Shown here in pieces: positions 24,821 through 37,414 of a stretch of DNA of 54,516 nucleotides (position 1 is the first letter of the stretch; each line of letters begins with the position of its first letter). Below the pieces are notes generated by a model. That model was not told the origin of the DNA and did not search any database. It saw only the letters and a list, made by a program, of their open reading frames with translations. The translations under genes were made by a program, and so were the position numbers. Where the stretch lies: NCBI GenBank assembly GCA_040357565.1, contig JBDODJ010000076.1, one strand, 5' to 3'. The DNA is from Cercozoa sp. M6MM (taxonomy: Eukaryota > Protista > Endomyxa: Ascetosporea).

Positions 24821-25394
24821 GCAACAGCAACAGCAACAACAAACCACGCCGAAAGCAACGTCGATGCAGTCACCAGTCCAGTCACCAATTCCGTCCTTTG
24901 TGCAGCGTTTTGATCTCGCCGAGGTTGCCCAATTTCCCTCTCCTTCCACTGCTTTTACCCTTTACCCTTCACCCTTGTAGAAGAAGGAGAACACGCCGTT
25001 CAAGCCGTTTCAATCGAATCTGCGCGCGCGCAGTCGCTCTGTGGTGGCGAAGAGTCACGAGGCGCCGCGACAGACGCTGCGACGCCACTCCGTGCTGAAC
25101 AACAGCAAGGTTCTGTCCGGCATGTTCGCGGACGCCATCTCCGCGCAACAAGCAACAACAACAACGGAAACTGCGGCAGCAAAAGCAGCACCGACTGCTG
25201 GCGGCAGTGTGGCCAGCTGTGAGTCCGCCAGCAGCAGCAGCAGCAGCAACAACAGTGCCAGCAGCACAACGCGCAAGCAGCGCCGTGACTCGCTGCACGT
25301 CGGCGCCATTGCACAGCAGCGTCGCCGGCGCCGTCGCGAGCGGAACGGCGCCAAACTGCGCCGACAGCTCGCCAGTGGTGGCACCTCCAACTAA
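22034..25394 (+). CDS. Kinesin, kinesin-7/CENP-E-like motor, short tail with polyQ (spans assembly gap)
   Basis: IEVGVRVRPL, GYNGTIFAYGQTASGKTYT, LLRCSYLEIYNDNIRDLL, NEHSSRSHAVFRLTIES, VRVSTLNFVDLAGSER, RFREGVHINKSL, LGGNARTAIIC, ETTLSTLRFA. Confidence 0.88.
22171..22244 (+). repeat. Intronic 21-bp tandem repeat, about 3.5 copies (GACTGATTTTGCAAGCTTTCT)
   Basis: Perfect copies at 22171, 22192, 22213 and partial at 22234. Confidence 0.95.
23510..23590 (+). repeat. Coding hexamer repeat (GACAAG/GACAGG) encoding (DK/DR)n
   Basis: Directly visible in kinesin exon. Confidence 0.9.
24143..24328 (+). repeat. Intronic (TATGTGTGTGTC)-like microsatellite
   Basis: Directly visible. Confidence 0.9.
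24389..24488. other. Assembly gap (100 N)
   Basis: N run. Confidence 1.
24783..24842 (+). repeat. (CAA/CAG)n polyglutamine tract
   Basis: Directly visible, in frame in kinesin tail. Confidence 0.9.
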
Positions 25395-25556
25395 TTCCAT
25401 CGTAGTCTTTTGTCATTGTCGTGTCATTCTGCGGCCGGGAACTTATATTGATCAGCGCAGCTCTGTTCTATCCGACCCATTTTACTTAGTTGCTACGCTA
25501 GCGCTCGCTCTATGAAGCTATCCGTCGGTCGGATTGCCGGCGAAACCTGACTTGAT

Positions 25557-25632
25557 TTATTGATCGCGACGAACAGACACGCGTACGGACCGTTTCACCG
25601 CACTACCCATAAAGTAGACGCACTCACACCAG

Positions 25633-25682
<50 letters not shown>

Positions 25683-25692
25683 NNNNNNNNNN

Positions 25693-25740
<48 letters not shown>

Positions 25741-28700
25741 CAAGGTACCTGGCACCGTCGACAAACTTTGTGCGGAACAGCACCGACGCGTTCTCAAACA
25801 TGCCCTCCTGTACACGCACATATGCACACCCACACACAGAAGAAGCGAGATGCTGCGCACCTTGAGCGACACGACAACGAACTGCGCCTGCGAGAAGTGC
25901 CGTCGCAGCATCGAGCCTGCAGCGAGAGCAAACATTACAATCCACACTGCAGTTGTGGTGTCTGCTACCAATGTTCTGCGTGTGCGACAGGTCCAGTGCA
26001 GCATCGACCTCGTCAAGAATGTACAGCGGCGCCGGTCGGAACTGCAGCATCGCCAGCACCTGCCGCAAACACAGATCGAGGTATCAACAAGTGCAAAGAC
26101 ATTAGTGTATGGGAAGTACCAGCGACAGTGCGAGCAGAGAGCGCTGGCCGCCGCTCAGTTCGGTCAGCTGTTCGGAACACAACTAGTTTCAACAGACACA
26201 CATGCACATGCGGCGACACAAGGAAGCTACAGTCTTGCGAGTGGCGCCAAAGTCCACCTCGACCACGAGACCCTCCATTAGGTCGTCCGGGTCCTCCTGT
26301 CGCAGTCGCGCCGTCGTGCCTGGCAGCAGCGAGCCGAAGATGCGGCCCAGCGACACTGATACCTTGCCCCTGCAAGTTGGGTATACTTGGACATCATGTC
26401 TTATCTTGTGTCTATTAATACCAGGTGCGTTCCAGTGCCTCCTTCTTGCGCTTGTCGAGTTCTTTCATCACCTTTTGCATCTCCTGCTTGTCCTGCGCAG
26501 TCGTTGGTGCAACACAACCTTCAATCAGACCAGTCCGCTCGGTTGCAAAACACAACAAACCGCTTCGACAACGCGACGCCGGTCGCGCAACCGATTAACT
26601 TCCGTCTCGAGATTGTTCTATAAATAAATATATATACACACATATTATATATATATATACATATAAATATATATAACTGTATGTTTATTTATTCAAACAC
26701 TGATGTAAGTCTATATACTCATGTATGTTGATATATGGACATCAATGTCAGTTTATTTAGAGACGTATATAGATATAGAAATGGATACAAAGAAAAGCAC
26801 CATCGAAGCATCCGACGCGGCGCTGTCGCCACCGCCGACCTGTTTCTCAAGTGCTTCGATGTTGGCCTGCTGTTGAGCCGCCGTCTGTCGTTGCACCTTC
26901 TGTCAGCGCCAGAAAAACTCGTATGCTTAGACAGCTTTATTGAGCGACAACAGTGAATGCACCGTTTCTTGCTCGCAGCGCTCCATGCCCCAGTCAAAGT
27001 ACTTGCTTCTCTGTGCCACACACATGGGGGTAGCTAAAACTAGAAGGCGAGGAGGGGACAAAGACTACATTGTCGTTGTCGTCGTCGTCGTTCAGCAGCG
27101 GCGTGACCCAGGCGTGTTTGAGAGTCAGCACACGCAGCTGCTTGGACGTCTCCTCCAGTCTCTTCTGCAGTCTGTCAGAAGAATACAAGACACTCATACA
27201 AATACAGAAAAAAACAAAAGCAAACAAATAAAACAACTAACTCATCAAGCTCGTGTCGTTGTTTGGTCTTCTTACGCTGCACTTCCGACCGCAGCTTCTC
27301 CAGCTCGCGCACCTTTTCTATCAGGGAAGGCAGAAAGGGGGGTAAAGAGGGTAGGAGACAAAGAGAAAGAATGGCGTACCTTGAGCCTCCTCAAGCTCGC
27401 GTTTAAACTCGTTCTCGGCCGAACTAAATTGTTCGCGTGAGTTTCGTATCTCTTTGTCAGGAAGAATACAAAAGAAAAGTACCGCAACTGAACCAGGCGT
27501 TTTTCGAGTGCTTTCTTTCGCTCGGCACTCTGTTTCGCCAGTGTCTCTTGTCTATACGGGAGGGGGATAAGGGAGGGGGTAAAGGGGTCAAAAAAGATGG
27601 TTACTCCACAAATTTCGCCTCCAGTTCGGCAATCTCTTTCTCCTTCTCGGCCACTGCACTCAGGGTAAGGGTAAGTAGATGGTGGGAGGGGGGTAAAGGT
27701 TAAGTAGATAGGGGGTAAAGGGTAAGTAAATAGGGGTAAAGGGTAAGTAGATAGGGGGATAAAGGGAGGGTACACTGGGCAGGAACGTCCTGTTGTAGCT
27801 CCTCACGCGCGGCGTGCAGCGCCACCTGTCGCTCGCGCAGCTGCTCCGACAGCGACTCGGCCGACTGCACGGCCGCCTCGAGTTCGCGTTTCTTCTGCCT
27901 CACCGACTCGGCTATCATACGCAGTCGGCGCTACAACAAGGTTGTTTTTGACACGCACTGACATACACACACTGAAGTACCTCACGTCGCTCGGCAGTGG
28001 ATTGCAGGTCGTCCAGTGCCTGTCAAGAACACGCTTGGTGGACTGCACGCACACACTTAACTGAACTGAGGTGGGAGAAACGCACCTCCTGCAGTTTCGC
28101 GGCACTCTCACGCGCTGCTTCCAGTTTCGGCTGCAGCGAAAACAGATACCCGCTTGTTTAGCTCCTAATTACACACCCCTCCTCACTCTATCCGACGAAA
28201 GCTACCAGTAACTCGACGAACTCAGCGTTGATTTCTTCGATGCGCGCACTCGCTGCACAAGAAACGTGTAAAGACCAACAACAAACAAAGAAACAACAAA
28301 CAACGAAACAACAAACAAAGAAACAACAAACAAAGAAACAACAGCAAAAAACAGCAAACAAAGAAACAAGATAAGAAACAACGAAACAAGTACCGGTATT
28401 CACTGTCTCCTGATCGGCCGTGAAGTCGCTGTTTTGCAGGTCCTGTCTCATACACAACACACACACAGTACACACAGACACCTCTCTCCTTTGAATCAGG
28501 GTGCGGCTACATTTCTGAGACGCTGCAGACGGTCGCGCAGTTTGTTGCGACGCGACACGAGCGACTACACACCCATATAAATATATGCATACGTACACAA
28601 GTTATTAATATTATATATATCTATATATATATATATAATAGACATACATATATATATATAGATCGATAAATAGACTCATATGTCTATCTATACTTCTCTT

Positions 28701-31700
28701 TATTGGTACTAAAAAAGCACACCTGAGCCCCGCGTTCGGCATTCTCGATCTTGTTGAGTTCATCTGTGGGTGGACAAGGGTATAGTTAGACAGATAGGGG
28801 GGTAAGGAGACAGAGAAGCAAAGGCTTGTACCAACGCATTGCCGCCGCTGTTGCTCCAACTGCGCGTACTGTGACTCCAGTCTGCACAGAGAGGCAAAGG
28901 AATTTAAGGAGATATGGGGTGGGGTAAAGAGGGGGTACTGTCGCAACTGCTGCATCTGCAACAGGATCAAACGATCGCTGTTGGGAGCACTGCCGCCCGA
29001 CAGCGTGCCACCCGGCGCGTACTCGTCGCCTTTGATTGTCACGGCCGCTCGTTTAATCTGGGAGGGTCAAGAGGTCAGGGGGTAAAGGGGGAGAAAAGCG
29101 AGTACTAGAGGGGTAAAACCTCGTCAGTGTCGACGCAGTGTCGTGCTGCTCTTTCGTTCAACGCAACGAATTTCTTGCCGAAAACATAGTCCAAAACTGG
29201 CGACATTCGATCCGACTGCGACTCGTCTGTTGTCTCCACCTGTACATGTTTATTCAATAGTTACGCCCTAACCCCCCCCTCAATGATGATACCAGATCGG
29301 AGGCGACAAACAGACGGTCCTCGCGCGTCTCGGGATCCCGTGTGGCACCCTGTGCCATGCGTTTCACACGATCCTCGATCGGGTTCGAACGAATCTTGTC
29401 GAGTGGAATCACCTGCACGCACAGCACACTCCAAAGCAACAATACAGCAAAGCAGCAAAGCAAGAAACTTGAAAGCAAAGGAAAAAGCAAAGCAAAAGGC
29501 AAGGCAAAAAGCAAAGCAAAGGCAAGGCAAAAAGCAAAGCAACAAAGTAAGTGGAACTAAAAAGCAAAGGCAAAAGCAAAACAAAACTTAAACTCGTAAA
29601 AAATGAAACAATGAAACTTGAAAAAAGCAGCCAGAAAACAAAGCAACTTGGAAACAAAGCAGTTTGAGATCAAAGCTACTTGAAAAAACAAAAGTGAACG
29701 CAGTACGTTGACACGCTGTCGCAACGCTGGGTGCTGCAGCACCTGACGACCGACCTGTTGCGACTCCACCACAACGTTGTACAGCAGTCCACCTGGACAA
29801 GCAAACACCGCAACATTTAGCTCCAAGTCTAATAGAGAGATACATGCTCTACCTGCAGCGGTCTGAATGGCGAGCGACCACTTCTCGTTGCCCGGACGAA
29901 CGCGAAACAACTGCGCCACAGTGCCGTAGACACCGGGCACGGGCGGGTTCAGTTTGAACAGTCCTCTGTGTATCAACAATTCCAACATGTCCAGTCTGTA
30001 CATCGTTATTCATCTTTGTACCTGGAACAGGCACCACGCAGCTCCTGCAAAGAAGCCTCCAGCTTGTACCTCCTACGGGGGTGCAAAGGGAAGAAAACAA
30101 AGGGTAAAGCAGAGGTAAAGGAGGGGGTAAAGGAGGGGGGTAAAGGAGAGTAAAGGTGCAAAGAAAAAGAGAAAGCTCACTCCTGCTCAAGGTGAAAGCG
30201 CTGTTGTTCGAGTTGCTGTTTGCGGCTGTCGATGTCGTCTCCAAGCTGCTGCTGCAGGCGTTTCTCGAGACTTGCAACTTCGGCCTCGAGTTGCTTCGCG
30301 TCGTGCTGCTTCTGCTCGAACTCGCTGCGCACGCGCTCCATCAGTCGTCGCTTCTGCGCGATCGTGCCTTTCAGCTGCTTTTTTTCGCCGCTAAGCCGGC
30401 CATGTTTCAGCTCGAGTTCCGACACGTGCTTCTTGGCCGCCATCAGCTGGCCCGCCAGTGAGCCATCGCTTTCACCGACTGACACGCCAAACTGCTGGTC
30501 CTCCAAGTTGCGAATCTCCTGCGTTTCCAAAAAAGCCAAAAGTTACTCCATTTAAGTCAAAATTGCAAAACACAACACAGACACAAGCTCACCTGCTCGA
30601 GTTTCTTAACCGTCTCTTGGGTTTTCTGCTCTTGGTCCGACTCGCCTTGCAGTGAGGCCTGTTTGTTTGTTTTTGGTGCGTTAGTTCCGCGCGGATACCA
30701 GAAAATACAAAATAGACAAAGAAGGTGTACCGCCATTTTCTCGACTTCTTCTTGCAATTTATCACGTGCGTTCTGCTCAAACATAAGTCAGACGATTAGA
30801 CAGATTTTGAAAGAAAAGACTGACCTGAAGCGATTTGAGCGCCGCTTGTTCTTTCGCGACGTTCGTGCGCAACGATTTGCACTGCTCGTTGGCTTGCTGC
30901 ACATGAGAAACAGTTGAACGTTCCAGTTGGACGGTACCACAGAACAAAAAACTCATTCGAAGCGTACCACAGCAGCAGAGTGCGCCGTATCGAGGTCCTG
31001 CTGCAACTTGGATTGACCGTTGTTGCTCTGCGAAATAAAAAGCAAAAGGTTCGGTTTTCAGGGGTCAGGTTTGAGAATCAAAGACAGGAAGAACTCACCT
31101 GAGCTTCGGCGTGCTGCTGCTTGAGTTTCTGTACGTCAGTTTTGGCCTCTTCGACTTTCATACTGTGACATCGGGGAGTTGTTTGAAACAAACAGAACCA
31201 TCAAGCAGAGAAAAACTCCAAACACCTGAGTGAGTCGACGCCGCTGCTGATATCTGCCATCCTTTTCTGTGCCTCTTGTTTCAGTGCCGCTTGCTCTTTC
31301 TGTCGCCGGTGCAGCATGACGCCCTGCAGTTCCGAAAGCGCGCGCACGGTTTCGCGGTGCGACTGGAGAAACGGAACCAGGTGCAAACGGCAAAGCACAT
31401 GCACAAGCATTCTACCGTGATGAGGCCGCGTAACTTTTGTCGCTTGCGACGCTGTTCCTGCCTGCGTGCGAGTCAGTTAGAACGTTGGGAAGACAAGGAG
31501 AATGGGGGTACAGTTTTTCCATCTGCGGATTGATGACATCGTTCATCTGAGTGTCAATCTGCCGTAATTTCTGCTGCTTGCGCTTGATCGTGGCGTACGC
31601 CTCCGCGCGTTTCTTATCGTAGGTACGCGTGCCAACGCACTCTTCGATCAGTCCGAGAATCTCGCGCGGTTTGGCATTCAGCACCTTGACGATTCGGCCC

Positions 31701-32476
31701 TGCAAAACAGTTGGGTAAAAGTACAGGTAGGGTAAAAGTAAAGGTTAAAAGTAGAGACGAAGGTAAAGGTGGAGACAAGGGTAAAGAGCAAGGATACCTG
31801 CATGATGAGGAAGTGTGGATTGTTGATGTTCAACTGGACGGAGCGGAACATGTCGTGCACTTGTTTTTGAGTCGCCCTGCGACCGTTGATCATGTACTTG
31901 CCACGTACGCCGGCATTGCCTCCTGTAGCCACCTGTCGCGTCACTGTGATTTCGTCTTCCTCTTCGTACTGTCACAAGTCACTTCTCTTTCTCACAACAA
32001 AAAACACACGCGCGGACACTGAAGAAAACGCACGCCTGGTGGCTTGTGTTCTGGGTTCGTGTTATCGAAAACGATGCTGACTGAGGCAGTCGTGATACCT
32101 AGCAGCAAAAACACAGTGACCAATTCAACGTATTGAAGGCACAAAAGTAAAGCACCCGATTGGCCGTTTTTGTAGATGAGTTCGGTCAAATTGGCCACTC
32201 GCAAGTGCGACAGCTGTCAACAATTAGCGTTTCTCCAATGCTCAGACAAGAATCAGAGTACCTGAGTAATGCCGAGAGCGAAACAAATGGCATCGAGAAT
32301 GTTGCTTTTGCCACTTCCATTCAGTCCAGTGATGGCCGTGAACTGCAGAGACACGTTGTGGACTTCAGCTTTCACCAAACACAGAATGGAACACGCACCT
32401 TTGAATCAAACTCGCCCACAACCGTGCGACGTGAGTACGATTTGAAGCCGTCGAGCACGACTTGTTTGATGTACAT
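25557..32476 (-). CDS. SMC2: Structural maintenance of chromosomes protein 2 (condensin), highly fragmented (roughly 40 exons)
   Basis: [56 protein letters not shown], hinge [10 protein letters not shown]...GGLLYNVVV...IPLDKI...[71 protein letters not shown]. Confidence 0.97.
25636..25739. repeat. (GA)n microsatellite with 10-N gap in last SMC2 intron
   Basis: Directly visible. Confidence 0.95.
27661..27771. repeat. Intronic G-run repeat (GGGGTAAAGGGTAAGTAGATA-like)
   Basis: Directly visible; related GGGTAAA motifs in other SMC2 introns. Confidence 0.85.
29437..29587. repeat. Intronic (GCAAA)n-like low-complexity repeat
   Basis: Directly visible. Confidence 0.85.
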
Positions 32477-32522
32477 CTCGACGTCTCGCCTTCGACTCAA
32501 GCTTCACACCTGTCTCGATGAA

Positions 32523-32532
32523 GCGCGCCAAA
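32523..32532 (-). promoter_or_regulatory. E2F-like site TTTGGCGCGC upstream of SMC2
   Basis: TTTSSCGC match about 46 nt upstream of ATG 32476. Confidence 0.35.
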
Positions 32533-32780
32533 GCAACGCGAGTCAACGCAAGCTGCTCTGACCGAAATTTCGTATCACTTCAAATGTAGAGCGTCGAGGC
32601 GCTCCACAGGCGCCAATAATTAGTCTGCACGCAGCTGGGCAGCTCGCAAACCTCAGTTTGATCACAAACGATTCTAAAGGGTCCGGTTCTGCTTAAGTAC
32701 AAATGGACGGTCAAAATAAAGCATGCGCACGCAGAGCATCACAGTGTGCCTCGCTGTGTGCACATAGTGTGTTCGCTCCC

Positions 32781-34417
32781 ATGGGAGGTGTCCAACTTCG
32801 TGAGGTGTGCGATTTAGTTGCTCATGGTGAGTGATGAAATAATCTTCTCATTTGGATCCCGCTCTTCTGCGGAGCGCACGACATCTCTCCTTGTGCAGAG
32901 GGCACGGTGTCGTCCGTGCAGTTCCAGCAGCCCCAATCGGGCTCAAGCAGTGACAGCAGTTTGCTGGCTTCCTGCGGTAGCGATCGTCGGATTGTAATAT
33001 GGCGGATTCGCGCTGGCGATGATCAAGGCGGCATGGAGGTTTGAGTCACTCGGAATACATGTGGCTCTGCTCGCTGAAGTCTCCTGTGTGTTTTGATTCA
33101 GGTCGTGAGGTTCAACGATGCTCATGAAAGCGGGGTGAGTGGTTCTTTTGTTTTCGAGATCTTCCAAAGTGATCGCGATCATTTGATCGATCTGCGTGAC
33201 CTGTGCGGCAGGTGAATGACGTGCACTGGCATCCGGACTCTGCCACGCCGAAAATTGCTTCTGCTGGCGACGACTATTGTTGCGCCGTAATTCTGTTTCT
33301 TTTGTTGCATTTGTACGTCCGCGCGGATGCCCTGCGTTTGTGTTAGGTCTGGGATTGCACGACGCAAACAAAGCTGCGAAGGTTGCGTGGCCACCGGCAA
33401 GCAGTGTTGCAGTGCAGATGGCACCCCGATGGCACATTGCTCGCCACAGGGGTACTCAAACTTTGTATGCTTGAACCGTAGCCGTCAAATCGTGTCGAGC
33501 TTTTTTTCTTGCAGAGCATGGATCATTCCGTGATTCTGTGGGACACGCGTATGGCCTGTCCAGTCAGGAGGTTAGTGGCGCACTCGGACCCCGTTCTGTC
33601 ACTAGACTGGACCAATGACGGCGACCGACTTTTGACGTAAAGTTTCAATTTTTCTTGTTGGGGCGAAGAAATCAAATCGAAACTACTCTATTGCGTGCAT
33701 GCAGAGCGAGTTGCGACGGATTGATGCGCGTCTGGTCGCCTCACGAATCGAACCCGATTCTGGAGGTGCTCGCTTTGTTTTTATGTTGTGTTTCTCTGGG
33801 TAAGACTTTCTTTGGGCAGATGGCAGCTTCGAACACGGAGCCCTTCTGTTGTGCGCGTTTCTCACCCAACAAAAAGTTCGTGCTGAGTGCGTCGCTCAAC
33901 GAAGGACCCATGCGACTCTGGGCAGTCGACACGCAGAAGATCGTCTTGCGACTCCAAGTGTGTTTGTCTGTTCTTTGTTGTCATGTCTGTCAATTTTGTA
34001 CGGTGCGACAGAGTGCACACACCCACAAGGATAACTTCTTTCTGTGCGAGTACGCGTTCGCCTCACAGAAGCGACCATTCGTTGTCACCGGTAGTCACAT
34101 AGCGTTGTCTCTTCTTTGGTCTCAATCGATACACATGCACGCGCAGGCGATAGCGAGGGTCGACTCTCGTTCTACTCGCTGAGTACGGGCAAGGTGGCGC
34201 TGCAGGAGAAGCGGCACGATGCTCCTCTGCTGGTCGGTTTAGCTTCTATGCTTGCTTGGTTTGTTCAGTTTTGTTTGTGTTGCAGGCACTGGCTACGCTC
34301 AACGCAAGCACGCCCTTGGTAGCCACGTCAGCGCTGAGACCACCTGTGCGTGAGGACGAGCGCATCGACACCAGCAAGTACACAATCCGCGTCGCTGCGT
34401 GGAAAGAGACTCCTTAG
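32781..34417 (+). CDS. WD40-repeat protein, WDR5/Swd3-like
   Basis: AHESGVNDVHW..IASAGDD..VWD, LRGHRQAVLQCRWHPDGTLLATGSMDHSVILWD, LVAHSDPVLSLDW...ASCDGLMRVW, ARFSPNKKFVLSASL. Confidence 0.8.
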
Positions 34418-34656
34418 TTTTCAGTTCAGTCTACCAACTGAAGTTTTTCAAGCCAAAGGATTGGACTCGTTTTGGACCGAAGTCCGATGCTACTGTATTT
34501 GTACGTCGGAATCCACAATCAAAATTCCGGCTTCGCTTGAGATTGGAAAAGGCAGGGGGCGACGCGCTTTCTTTGATCAGCAAACTGGAAACTGTTTTGG
34601 TCCAGGTTAAACATGCCTGAGTAGAGCTAGGAAGAACTCGAACAGATTTAAAACCA

Positions 34657-35966
34657 ATGTCGCTAGTGTTTCGCAACGGGCATCGTGTGCGACTATCCAA
34701 GGAGCTCAAGGACGCCTTGGTCGCGATTCCGGATGTGCGTTTTTACACGTTGTTGACAGGAGGGTGTTTTGCTTTAATAGAGAGTTGCTTGGTAGGCTGC
34801 CTACACAACGTGTCGCACGGTCGGAGAGTGGCGCGTGTTTCACTGGAACCAGCATGTGAATCGATTGTGTATGTTGCATGTTTCGGTGTTGCTCGTGCCG
34901 TTTCTTTTTTTGCACCGCAGTTTTGTGCAGATGTGTCAGCGCAAAAGTGTTTCGAGTACACTGGAGACTTCGAATCGTTTGCCGAGCGAACCAAGCAGGA
35001 GACGCGTGCGATTTTGCGCGTGTTTCATAGGCAGTATCCGAACGAGGACGCACGTGTCACTCTCGCTGTCGTGCGAGACAGCAGCTTGCAAGCTTTCATT
35101 CGCAACGACGGCGAGAGTGAAAGCGCCTCGTCCAGGGACGATGATTTGACGTGGTTGCTTGGTGCTTCCTGTCTTAGCGCAAGTGCGCTGCATAAGCAAG
35201 AGCTGCACTCTGCTGCTATCATGCCGGGTCACCGTCCGCGCGGACAAGTCAAGTCATCGTCCTGGATGCGTCAACGTGCGGTTTTGGAGCGTGTGAAGTA
35301 CGTTCACACTCTAACTAAGTAGCCCTTGTGTGTACGTTGTGACTGAATACCAGACCAGAGGATTGCGATGAAGTCTGGCTCAAGCGCGATGATCAAGCTG
35401 TGACAGAAGGCTTGAGTTCCAATGTTTTTGTTTTCTGCCAAGCACGCGAGGAGCAAGATGGTGCCTTGCATTTCAAAGTGTTTCAGCTGCAAAGAACCGA
35501 TGCTTTTGGGGTTTTAGGAACGCTCGTGGTTCCCGTGCTGACGGCTAACACGCTCGACGATGGCGATGGTGTGCTGAGCGGAACCTTGCGTTCGCTGACC
35601 ATGAGTGTTCTGACCGATGCGAACTTGCAACTGGCGGGACGAACGGTTCGTGCCGAGATTCGAGAGACTGCTCCGAACCTAGCCAACCGGAGCGACTGGC
35701 GGGCCGGACTGACCACGTCGACCACACGTCGAGCCAGGGAAGTCCACGAACTGCGACTGTTCGACGCTCCGGACTCGAGCGATCCCGAGATTCTGCGCTT
35801 TGATGCCGAGACGCCCGAGTTCAAGCTGGTTAATCTGTCTTTTCTGATGCGTGTATTTGTGCAACACAGCAAGAGTTGTCTTTGTGTCACCTTGCAGATG
35901 CAACACGTGTCACAACGCACGCAAGAACTCATGAGCTACGCCTCGGAAGATCTTTCACCCAAGTAG
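34657..35966 (+). CDS. Class IV (fold-type IV) PLP-dependent aminotransferase/ADC-lyase-like protein
   Basis: AYTTCRT, VKSSSWMRQR (PLP Lys region), DEVWL..VTEGLSSNVF, VLSGTLRS, TTSTTR. Confidence 0.8.
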
Positions 35967-36157
35967 CCGAGCTCGCCCCCTCCCAATTGGGACACCCTCA
36001 GTCGAATGAACATACTCGACGCAACTCGAAAGTTATTCTACCGTCGCGTGCTGTACGGTGCATGTGAAAACGTACGGTAGTACTTAAACCGTCCCACAGT
36101 ACCCGTAAAATAAACGAAACGCCTGCTGACTGGCCGGTCCGGAAACGTGTCTTGCGT

Positions 36158-36941
36158 TCAAACGAGCTCAGTTTCGCGTGTTGCCCTCGGCGTCGAAACA
36201 GTCGCGGTCCTCGCACCATTGCTGTTGTCGTCGTCGGCGTTGTTGTTGCCGGAGTGTGGTGTGCGAGGCGTGTTGAGCGGTGTTGCCGGGCGGCCGGCCT
36301 TGCTGCGAGTGCTGCTCTTGCTGGCGAACTCGAGCTGCAGTCGCAGGCGACGCCGGGCCTCCTGTCAAAATAGAAACCTAGAGGGTACACGGCAAGGACA
36401 GGACAACGGCATGAGGACAGGCTGCACCTGGTGTTCGGGCTTGTGCGTGAACTCAAAGTCGTTGTGCACGAAGCAGCGCTGCACGTCGTGCTGCCGCTCG
36501 ATGCGCTGCTCCAGCGACTCGCCAATGTCTGCAATACACATACATGTGTATAGTATATAGTATAATAAAATGATATTCAAATATTTATGTGTATATAATA
36601 CATATTGTATATGTGGATTCTTTAGTCTGTGTATATATGCGTGTGTTGATTATGTGTACCGAATACTCACAAAGTACCATGTGTGATGTGCAGCGGCAGG
36701 TCCTCGTTGAGCACAATGTCGACCTCGACGAGGTAGCGCCGCATGCCAAAGTGGTAGGCCAGCACCTTGTCGACCTTGTCGACGCGCTCGTCGTGGTACC
36801 TGCGGCGTCGGATTTAATGGATGGACAGGTGGATAGGTAGATAGGTAGACTGACAAGGAGGGAGGTAGGGTAGGTAGGTAGATAGGTAGGTGGGTAGATA
36901 GATAGATAGATAAATAGATAGATAGATAGAGAGAGAGAGAG

Positions 36942-36975
<34 letters not shown>

Positions 36976-37382
36976 GTAGATAGATCGACAGGTAGGTAGA
37001 TAGACAGACAGATAAATAGATAGACGATACATGGCGAGCCAGATGATGCGACGCAGGAAGGCAGGCTCGGCCGTCTTGCCGGCCAGCAGGTTGACCTGAC
37101 TGCCAGCCGTCCCAAGCCAGGCCACGAACATCTGTGCAGACACAAGCCATGCACCTGCCACACCAGTAGTACAAGAGACAAGGCACCAGCACAGCGAGAG
37201 CGACGGCACCTGAGGCATCGAGCCACCAGCAACTACCAGAAATCAACATACATATAAATACATATAAATATACATATAAACATACATCTATATCTATATA
37301 AATATATATCTCTATATATTAATATATCTATAGAATATCTATATAAATATATATATATATGTATTAATATATATCTATATAA

Positions 37383-37414
<32 letters not shown>

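Noticed and set aside
27661-27771. Interstitial plant-type telomere repeat
   Set aside because: Motif is GGGTAAA/TTTACCC, not TTTAGGG/CCCTAAA or TTAGGG; kept only as an unexplained intronic motif
25557-32476. Alternative genetic code or pseudogene fragmentation of SMC2
   Set aside because: Breaks I checked are resolved by GT-AG introns, with no in-frame stops at conserved positions
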